Origin: an uncultured delta proteobacterium
Lineage (GTDB): Bacteria > Desulfobacterota > Syntrophia > Syntrophales > UBA5619
Length of the DNA: 64,000 nt
NCBI GenBank assembly: GCA_963817385.1
Contig: CAWFOM010000007.1
Coordinates: 49,840-113,839, forward strand
Direction: 5' to 3'
The translations under genes were made by a program, and so were the position numbers. Of the stretch, positions 57,601 through 64,000 are shown piece after piece (within the stretch, counting starts at the first letter, position 1; every line of letters starts with the position of its first letter). The notes under the pieces were generated by a model. The model ran no database searches, was not told the DNA's origin, and worked only from the letters and a program-made list of their open reading frames with translations.

Positions 57601-57689
57601 CCATAACCCCACCGGGCGCGGCGTTCTCCCATTGCAGGAGGATCCTGAATCCTTGGCTCAGGGGGTACTTGACTCATGTTATGACTCAC
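51639..57689 (-). CDS. 2016-aa STAND/NACHT-like ATPase with N-terminal nuclease-like domain (Avs-like defence protein)
   Basis: GYGYQD...DAGRVDD...SIKW, Walker A GPAGIGKST, Walker B ILLIDGLD, GNPL motif, long helical C-terminus; lower GC than flanks. Confidence 0.75.
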   Translation of the reverse strand: MSHNMSQVPPEPRIQDPPAMGERRARWGYGYQDKITTERILNLLRENLRDRGAVFEGVRLADLDAGRVDDFVLVWEKKIEGNSIKWSGDATPLNWGEFIGTNGLLKELADGYKRLQDRWPDKDISVRLVSNRPPSPEKHHAQIISTFSLTEFVRDFWPSGPTDHDFAQVAAVWSKISEHVGLTGQEFSKFVKSCTINLGHPEPPGGGSDSQDWQHYKKQFEDLHKAIAIWLTDNPYGDFINREILLAAIGFRGYRSGLIQRFPPPKIPYSKNGTSAEKLKQLIEKTEGGYIAVVGPAGIGKSTLVQDLLSESQYPYFIPYYAFLPDTDGNRERGEALTFFQDVIERLDKFFVGRNSLGISDVAQGREALRGHMATANKEYVIQGNKTILLIDGLDHVSREINLRSPLLQELPTPDEVPNGFLIILSSQPQALIPGTITAEVGTVVATQSGRRIEVSGLTRTEVHEILAQVEKATTGTERDALYSASQGNPLILTYLLNLFRRTSEITVDEAITLAGNYVGDIDAYYQSRLATPLRDAQTRRLLGLLARAAPTIPVLWLQQEWPERVQLENIFEHTLAPFVHAEEGNLQFIHNSLIAFLKSETRSKLPGADPIADEQQFHSTLADRCGNRPCADPLGRAKVLHLLRASKHGDVLTVLSSVWLRNAIEAFLPYPFIRPLVLSGFEAAWSLKDIGHVLRLILLDHELSERAFRMEAGKLLETLLGLDKPELAISQVRAVGRLLVEDSVVLGFAHSLWFYADAHERSELKSTASALYFQAKPISFFYQNEQIDTMRHREHYSLLQSWSDAAPLFEDCGSIVAQIMKLRFKDLEYGEKVDEADVKSSLMYGTLLTMFEMGAGRTDCQPLIDTIAALGRSTWHFAVLLALARRKLSNVSFDELKAAYSKINRDSDIDLAYARFLYGQGHREEAKEVVANLSHIRFEGFRNNHSFGFSDISYTVTLRRLQYLLGLPEGSVPGVKNDEEEAVARVENAARQLGILSAINKKEEIIQNLDTSLRSLLLFHNQSVIFSEFDWRNKYAVDQSKREIYEQIVSLAASIGTRRIELLRDIFLDLVNGPAAGQFPAHHRRFFAKQFFHYEVLSKEKAVEVGLSSTIDATDDDPLQRQEACFEIASLLHSIGEDMLSNQWFKRAGEVSAGAGSHKDYHMAHLAEWLSRSIGNTFKADKLEVLEKFARAVEVSGGDGASDAAMSLLRSVIHEEPIRASRLAVELIDRCVLNVSQTLDALITGGATAGASAEILIVLYNELLSLIDPLDISAAAVATLRSFPAEQRIATATKIMGSVRTNTLPSRRIEIAREIQDALRKDGLGEHILTQGLKPGQDDSSSKRSLYRRAEGETETTDQVAARLSNCDNPQQWNPNPGQNAEFDWWAAIQKTTIKDMSHLNDLLSLFPHSDYREFELLAWKSERLLEMGDRNTARLLAEQAIERARDGSWHRWLDGAQKKIAFSALKKIDANKSLQRAWAQFGKDLAAGKLNSTYLLHDISGIIDFLEIEWPSESVNRMMDDYLEHVLNANMEVHPYAALIQDATQGSADEALCRFIVHLLAFPVVDVGVAARKALSSYAATNGKGLAAAIKSGPCWDSVQLEYIMACLHTGLRCGNVDLNRLRDWIANLNRHESIAVRGIARRICEEQGWTWEEVRNQTKHPIILLSKSLKSPSDYEEARMLIDGDVATALLLHRRIFGHLERSGLDADELKSEFYRIYGEIEKDYSWSDSDRLKRWIRLVLAKMWLLPRGFVGREAAMRILGRRALSGEAPSGAEHAYDYLYPIYDPKIELCQAIERPVELRAMDWEWSNGYEKAWRSGENADSWRNYPESVDGLHIIGERTWLIRPDWEWPREERHRGLIIGPCDASQTRDCLQTIYELTFDRYMRGEGQENEQLIVLNSERQLAGPVYRWAAINCTFARLLGWCPSDDAPFKWVDSAGNLMVKSAYWKDGWIWLEPPRFESLGEGWLVLATDQGIESIRSASNNIESHLWIERHSHGDKPYEGKWHLSKLL

Positions 57690-57789
57690 CGGTACGTAGC
57701 CTTTACTCCGTCATAGTGCGCTTCCAATTCGTTGATGCTGGGTGGTCTGTCATACGGCGGCCTTTGCCAGCTGATCCCGGTATTTCTTG

Positions 57790-57912
57790 ATTGGGTCACC
57801 ATGCCCCGTTCCTGCTTCTTCCAGGCGATTTCGATCAGGATGTACTTCGGCACGTTCGGGTCCTGGCGGCATTCGTCCCGGATCTCCTTGGGGAGCTTGT
57901 TGAGCGCAAGAA
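57790..57912 (-). pseudogene. ParB-family gene fragment
   Basis: LALNKLPKEIRDECRQDPNVPKYILIEIA.KKQERGM resembles the post-HTH segment of ParB/Spo0J-like proteins; recognised by eye only. Confidence 0.45.
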
Positions 57913-57918
57913 TGGGTA

Positions 57919-58043
57919 AGAGCGAATGCGTATCGAGACAGCGGTTAAACGCCAACGATTTTAAGATGATTCTTGCGGGAGACGATACAGAATAATTTGG
58001 GGGATATCAAGGGAAAATAATGTTACTGTCGGGAATAGGGGGG
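57919..58043. repeat. ~125-bp direct repeat, copy A
   Basis: AGAGCGAATGCGTATCGAGACAGCGGTTAAA...GACGATACAGAA...GGGGGATATCAAGG, also at 63612-63737. Confidence 0.85.
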
Positions 58044-58056
58044 ATTGAGGATCGTT

Positions 58057-60576
58057 TTACCTTCTTTTCTTCTTGGCTTGCGCTGTTGGCTTTGCTGCCC
58101 GGGGATCGTCGGGCCAGTAATGGCGCGGGTAACGGCCCATGAGTTCCTTCTTCACGGCAGGATAAGAGCGCTCCCAGAATCCGTCGAGGTCCTGGGTGAT
58201 CTGTACCGGACGTCCGGCCGGGCTCAGCAAATGGAGCATCAATGGCTGGCCGCAAAGGAGGGGTGTTTCCCGGCAGCCGAAGAATTCCTGGAGCCTGGCG
58301 GCGATAACGGGAACATCCCCGGCTTCGTAGTCGAGCCGTTTCCTCGTTCCCGAGGGGAGGAGCCAGGTCTCGGGAGCGAGCCTCATCGAGGATGCGCCGG
58401 TTTTCCCACCCCAATCGGCCCGTGAGGGCCTGGAGGAGGGATTCGCCCGTAAACACCGCTCCCCCCTTCCAGTTGCCGAAGGGGAGAAGCCATAGGTCTT
58501 GATCGTCCATGAGCGCGCCGGAAGAAAAATCAGGCCACCGCTCATGACGGCCGCATCTGCCCACGAACAGGCAGCGGGCGCGGAAGCGCCGTGCCGCATC
58601 GTTCCAGGGGAGAGCATCCAGACCTTCCCGGGCAAGACGCTCGCGCACCGCCTGACGGATACCATCCGGCGACGGGGCGAATCCGCGTTTTTCATCGAGC
58701 AGCAGCCGCCCGACACGCATCTCCTTGCGGGTCCTTGGAGTCCAGCCCTCCCAGGAAAACTGGAGCGACGTCGTTACCGGCCCCGCCAGGCCGCTTTCAA
58801 CGTCGCTGCGGGAAACCGGGGCGGCGAGAAACACTCGGGCCTCCGTCTCACCGCCGTCCAGATCCGCGGCGACCAGGAATTCCTCCTGCCCGAGCGCCCC
58901 TTTTATCCGGGCGCCCCGGCCCGTGGCGAGGACCAGGCGCGCCTCTTTTGCTATGCTGCCGGCTCCGACACGCTGGGCGGCGCGGTCGGGATAGGCGAGA
59001 ATCAGGAGCGTCCCGGCAAGCGATGGATCGACATCCGCACCGCGCACAGTCTGCTCTCCGGAGCCGGCTGTCCGCATGATCCGCTCTGCCTCCCGGGCGA
59101 TACGCCGCCCGGCATCCTGGCGCAGATCGTTCCGCGCTCCGCTTGCCCAGGCGGCCCATGCGGAGAGCCGGTCACGAAAATCGGGATCTGCACCGCCCAG
59201 CGGGTCGCCCTCCTCCAGGATGGCAGCGGTTACCGCGGCGGTGGCAAGCCATCCCCGTTCTTTGGCCTTCATGACCATGCGGCCGAGGCGTGGATGAAGG
59301 CCCATCGCCGCCGCCTGCCGCCCCGAGGCGGTGATGCGCCCCTGGCTGTCGATCAGGTCAAGCTCTTCAAGGAGCGCCGCAGCCTGCTTCAGGGCTCCGG
59401 AGGGAGGCGGCGTGATCCACGTGAGATCCAAGGGCGTTGCCGCACCCCAGAGTGCCGTCTCCAGCACAAGCGGCGCCAGGTCCGCCTCCATGATTTCCGG
59501 GGGCGAAAAGCTTTTGCGCGGATCCTCTGAGCGATACCAGCGCAGGCAGATGCCGGGCCCCAGACGTCCGGCCCTCCCCTGGCGCTGTACGGCCGATGCC
59601 GCGGAAATCTCCACGGTCTCCCAGTGGTCCATGCCGGTGCGGGGGTGAAAACGCACCCGCCGCTCGAGGCCGGAATCCACTACCGCCCGCACCCCCGGGA
59701 TCGTGAGGCTCGTCTCGGCGACGTTTGTCGCGAGGATGATCCGGTGCGACGGGTCCGGCGGGGCTGCGAGGAGCCCGCGCTGCTCTTCCGGGGGAAGCCG
59801 GCCGTGAAGAATGGCGATCTGCCGGGCCGAGATGCGGCCGCATCCGCACGAGTTCATCCTGTGCCTGCCGGATCTCGCGGAACCCGGGAAGGAAGACGAG
59901 CACATCTCCGCCTCCTTCCGTATCGAGCATCTCCCGCGCCTCGAGGGCCAATCGTGCCGCACCTCCCCAGGGCGTCTCGCCCTTCAGCGGCGGCCGATCG
60001 AACAGGCGAACGGGCCATGAGCGTCCGGAAACGGAAATGGCGGGGAGATCGCCGATCGCAGCCTCGCAGCTCGGCCGTGGGGGGTGTCGCGGACATGAAC
60101 AGGATTCTCAGGTCGCGGCGAAACACCTCCCGGCACTCCCAGGTGAAGGCCAGAGCCACGTCGCCCTGGAGGTTCCGCTCGTGGAATTCATCGAAGATCA
60201 CGAGCCCGTATCCGGAAAGGGAGGGATCGTTCTGGATGATCCGGGTAAGCACCCCTTCGGTAACGACCTCGAGCCTTGTTGCCGGGCTCACGATCGTCTC
60301 CATCCTGGTCCGAAGCCCCACCGTCCGGCCCAACCTCTCCCCAAGCAGGGCCGCAATCCTTTCGGCCGCGGCCCGGGCAGCTATCCGGCGGGGTTGGAGC
60401 AGGAGGAACTTCGTTCCCGCAAAAGCCTTGTGTGCGAGGAGGCGCCAGGGGACGAGCGTCGTTTTGCCGGCGCCCGGCTCGGCATGGAGCATGAGCAGAT
60501 TACGCGTCGCCAGCGTCCCGGCGATCTCATCGAGATGGGGATAAAGCGGCAGGGCGGTGACGTCATCAGGGATCAT
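58057..60576 (-). CDS. hrpB: ATP-dependent helicase HrpB (multiple frameshifts)
   Basis: EPGAGKTT, QPRRIAAR, DEFHER, MSAT, LATNVAETSLTI, QRQGRAGR, LLSPAGRPVQIT, RYPRHYWP. Confidence 0.92.
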
Positions 60577-60646
60577 GGGATGTTATTCATGAGGAAATCT
60601 CGGAGCGGGACACAAAGTATTGGATCAATTCCCCTGTCGGCGGTTG

Positions 60647-61042
60647 CTACCAGATGATCTTCAGGCCGTTTACCGCCTGCAATGCCTGATCACAGGTCAC
60701 AAGCTGCCCACCGTAATGAAGGGCGGTGGCCGCAATGATGCGGTCCGCCGGATCATGATGCGCAAAGAGGGCGTCGTTGGCCGAAATCTTAGCTATCTCC
60801 GGCGTAATGGGCAGCGACCGGATCACCCGGGACGCTAAAACAAGCTTCAGGAAAGAAAGAGCATCCGTGCCTGGATCCAGTCGCCCCTTGGCGATCAGCA
60901 TGGCAATCTCCCACAGAGAGATGTCGCAGCAGGCCAGGGAACCATTCTCTTCACCTTCTTCAATGGCGCGGAGCGCCTCAGCGCTAAGACGCTCCGGCGC
61001 CAGGGCATCAAAAACGAGGGCGCAGGTATCGAGAAGAATCAA
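60647..61042 (-). CDS. vapC: PIN-domain VapC toxin
   Basis: ILLDT, ISLWEI, HDPADRIIAATA, LVTCD; start overlaps antitoxin stop. Confidence 0.9.
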   Translation of the reverse strand: MILLDTCALVFDALAPERLSAEALRAIEEGEENGSLACCDISLWEIAMLIAKGRLDPGTDALSFLKLVLASRVIRSLPITPEIAKISANDALFAHHDPADRIIAATALHYGGQLVTCDQALQAVNGLKIIW

Positions 61043-61269
61043 GACGCCGCCTCCCATTTTTCATTCAAAGGGGACACAACGTTGCCGATCCTGCACTTTC
61101 CCCTTAACAAGGCAAGTTGTTCCCTCGCGTCTGAACGCCCATCGGCAATGGGAGTCAGACGCGCTATCTTCTTTCCTCGCGAGGTCAGGAGCAGCTCTTC
61201 GCCGGCCTTGACCATGCCGAGATAAGCGGGCAGGTTGTTCCGAAGCTCCGTAACGTTGACTTCTTTCAT
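61039..61269 (-). CDS. Phd/YefM family antitoxin
   Basis: VNVTELRNNL..YL..V..GE...LTSRGK.IARL.P; AGGAGG SD. Confidence 0.9.
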   Translation of the reverse strand: MKEVNVTELRNNLPAYLGMVKAGEELLLTSRGKKIARLTPIADGRSDAREQLALLRGKCRIGNVVSPLNEKWEAAS

Positions 61270-61283
61270 GGCATCCTCCTTTC

Positions 61284-61325
61284 TGTACATTTCATCTGTA
61301 CAACTGCTTGACGACGATGTCAAGC
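61284..61325 (-). promoter_or_regulatory. TA operon promoter/operator
   Basis: TTGACA inside inverted repeat GCTTGAC/GTCAAGC; two TGTACA palindromes over the -10/+1 region. Confidence 0.6.
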
Positions 61326-61477
61326 ATCAAGAGTGACCGCCGTTGCTTCCGTTGCTCAGGGCAACACTGAGAAAAATATAAAATGGAATTGGCCTGATGG
61401 TCTCCAACAAATGACAGACCTGTAAGGTGTGAGAACTTGTGACAAAACCAGCAATCCGGGCCGGAGACGATCTCTTA

Positions 61478-62618
61478 TCAATACAGCGTTACGACCTGGT
61501 CAAGCATGGGCATCTCCGTCGTGCGCTTCTGCGGCGGACCCGACGGCGTCCAGGCCTTGCTCTCCACGTCCTCGAACGGCATGGAGCCCAGCAGATCATA
61601 CGAGGCGAACGAGAACGGCAGGCCCTCCGAAGCGAGCCCGTCCCGGCCGTTGCAGAGGTGGAAATGCAGATGGGGCGCCGATGAATTGCCGCTGTTTCCG
61701 AGTTTTCCGAGGACTTGTCCCTGGGTCACGTGATCGCCGATTTTTACCGTTACGCTCCCCGGAATGATGTGCGCATAGGCTGCGTACCGGCCTCCGCCGA
61801 TATCGAGGATGACGCTGTTTCCGAAGACGTTCTGGAGCGTGGTCGGGGCGTAGTTATTCGGGGGTACGCCCTCGGGAATCCCGTCCCGGGCTTCGATCAC
61901 GGTTCCGTCTGCCACGGCGAGGAGGTCCGCCCCGTAGCAGTAGAAATCACTGCTGTGCTTACCGTCTCCCGTGTTCAGGCGTCCGTCGGGGCCGAACTGC
62001 AGCCAATCCGTCGCAAAGCGCTGGGCGATCGTGGATTTGAAGGAAAATTCGATGAGCGCGCTCCGATGGTGGCGGTCGAAGTTGGACGTCCCGTTTGCGG
62101 CCCACCACCGGTCGCCTTTGACCGGAGGTGCAATCAGCGTCGTCCCCGTTGTCACCGCGGCACTCCCCCCTTCGGCAACCTGGCCGTCGGAAAAAATGAC
62201 CCGATGGGAGAACTGGGTGGGGATCGGCGAAGAGGCATTCAAGACGGGCCAGGCAAACAGGACGGAGTAGTTCCGCCCGGTGAAAAGGGCCTCCTCGGCC
62301 GAAAAGGGATCGACCTTTTTAATCAGGCATTCGGAGAGCTCCGTTCCCTCATAGGTCTTGACAAGCGTCTCCGTCCGCGAGGATCTCGACTTTCGATACG
62401 GAAAGACCGAGCGAAAGGGTCTTGCCGATGTACAGCTCGTATCCATAGACGGTCTGCCCCATCTGCTTCACCGGGGTAGGGCCGAAGGGAACCCGAAGCA
62501 CAACGGGTTCCGTTGCGGAAGAGGAAGAGGTGCCGCAGCCGGAGAGGGGGGCCGTGAGCGCCGCAAGCCCGGTGCCGGCCGTGAGCTTCATCATGTCTCT
62601 ACGGGTAAACTCTTTCAT
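61478..62618 (-). CDS. Tat-exported lipoprotein with M23 peptidase domain (frameshift near 62370)
   Basis: TRRDMMK Tat motif, LSGC lipobox; GNSVIL, YAHI, GNSGNSSAPHLHF. Confidence 0.8.
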
Positions 62619-62792
62619 CGCGTCCTCCTGCCTGTTTTTGGTTTCCGGTAGCAGCCGCGTTGCGGCTTTTCTTGGCAATGGATGCCTCCAATTCTTTCGG
62701 AAGATACTGCGAAGAACTTTAAGGCCATTGCCCTCTCGATGATTTCAGCGATACCCGGGACTTCCAGGGTGTCTTCCATAAAAACCATACGG

Positions 62793-63500
62793 TCACTTTT
62801 TCTGCCGTCTCCAGAACGGACCGGTTTTGCCGATCTCCTTCATGGTTTGGCCCATCTCACGGGCGTACTCGACCATGTGCGAGACATAATCCTGATCCAG
62901 ACGCCGTTTGAAGTAGGGTCCCGAGAAAAGCCGCATCATATCGGGGAGCGGCGTAATGCCTTCATCGCTGCCTTCGGCGAAGGAGGCCCAATTGCGAACA
63001 TGCCCTTCCGACCGGAAGAGGTTCATAGCCGCTCAGGCATATCCGATGTCTTCAAACCATTTCCAGAACGGAACGGCCACATAGGCCATGTATCCGGAGG
63101 CCTCTTCATTCAGGATCCGGCCGTCCCGGAGCACGACTTGAAGAGGTTCGCCACAGTCCAGACAGGGGAAATCCACCGTTACCGTTTTACCCGGGAAGAG
63201 CCAGCAGACCGCCAGCGATTCGAATCCTCACTGGCCGAACCATTGCTGCCGGCCGTCGATGGTGATGCGGTAATGGGTGGGGAGGTTGTTGAAGGGCGCA
63301 AAGGAGACGATGTGGTCGGTCCGTGGATACAGCCATCCCGGGATGCCTGAGCTGAAAAGGTCGTGAAGGGTCTTTCTTCCCTCTTCGACGGCGAGACCGA
63401 GAGATGATGCCAGTTCCGTATAAAACGGCGCCTGGCCGGTTTCCACCATGCGCTTCATGATCACATGAAACGCCTTATCCAAAATCGTAGGTTCATCCAT
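62793..63500 (-). CDS. MerB-like protein with two predicted selenocysteines, copy 2
   Basis: Same 236-codon frame as copy 1, with TGA at 63228-63230 and 63033-63035; AGGAGG SD. Confidence 0.85.
62994..63032 (-). promoter_or_regulatory. Predicted SECIS for second UGA (copy 2)
   Basis: GCGGCUAUG-AA-CCUCUUCC-GGUC-GGAAGGG-CAUGUUCGC. Confidence 0.75.
63200..63216 (-). promoter_or_regulatory. Predicted SECIS for first UGA (copy 2)
   Basis: Identical to the copy 1 element. Confidence 0.7.
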
Positions 63501-63611
63501 GGCATTTTCCTCCTTATGTTTTTTACTATTTGAATTGAGCAGACCGGTTAGTCCCCATTTGCCGTTGATGTGCGATCATTCCGACCCCAAGGGGTGCGGC
63601 GACAGCGGGCG

Positions 63612-63737
63612 AGAGCGAATGCGTATCGAGACAGCGGTTAAAGGCTAACGATTTCAGGATGATTCTTGCCAAAGACGATACAGAAAAATATGGGGGATAT
63701 CAAGGAAAAATAAGGCCGCTGTCGGGAACAGGGGGGG
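63612..63737. repeat. ~125-bp direct repeat, copy B
   Basis: Diverged match to 57919-58043. Confidence 0.85.
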
Positions 63738-64000
63738 CGCGAACCGTCCCGAGCGGCAAAAAACATTGATCAGGATCGGTGATTTACGGCCGGACGTGTT
63801 GAAAGAAATTACCGTTTGACACAAGATGGGCGAAAAGACAGAGTCATTTCTGACCCTGCCTGCTCCTCTAAGGACCCCTCATTTCCCGACCGAACGAACC
63901 GCCCCCCTGTATGGCCTGATCCGGAAGGCGACATCCGCGGTGATGACCGGATTTCCACTCATGGTGGCAGAATGCTGTGGCAGAATGGTGTTGCCGACCC

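Noticed and set aside
63540..63611. Cyclic di-nucleotide (GEMM) riboswitch upstream of merB copy 2 (GGCAAA...GGGAC on minus strand)
   Set aside because: The P2 stem and GCAAAGC segment are missing; the match is too short.
63880..64000. Possible 3' end of a minus-strand CDS at the window edge
   Set aside because: Only ~40 codons visible with no motif; cannot be supported.

Overview
GC-rich bacterial chromosome segment. Gene content (Hdr/Flx, ADP-forming acyl-CoA ligase, TRAP) suggests an anaerobic Deltaproteobacterium/Desulfobacterota, Syntrophales-like; this is an inference. Many housekeeping genes carry single-base frameshifts, probably long-read indel errors. Layout: (1) 1-10.2 kb catabolic/transport accessory block ending at the 3' end of tRNA-Lys; (2) 10.3-38.1 kb core genes: purA, serA, serC, radA, groESL, ileS-lspA, acyl-CoA ligase plus TRAP, his genes, yqeY-dnaG-rpoD, tRNA(CAT), rnpB, engB; (3) 38.2-47.7 kb large HdrA-Flx-HdrCB electron-bifurcation cluster; (4) 47.8-64 kb mosaic accessory region with internal repeats, TA modules, a 2016-aa nuclease-STAND ATPase and hrpB. 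Main finding: two diverged copies of a MerB (organomercurial lyase)-like gene that the ORF track splits into fragments. Each copy reads as one 235-aa frame with two in-frame UGA codons at the two catalytic-Cys positions, each followed by a SECIS-like hairpin. This predicts a double-selenocysteine MerB-like lyase.
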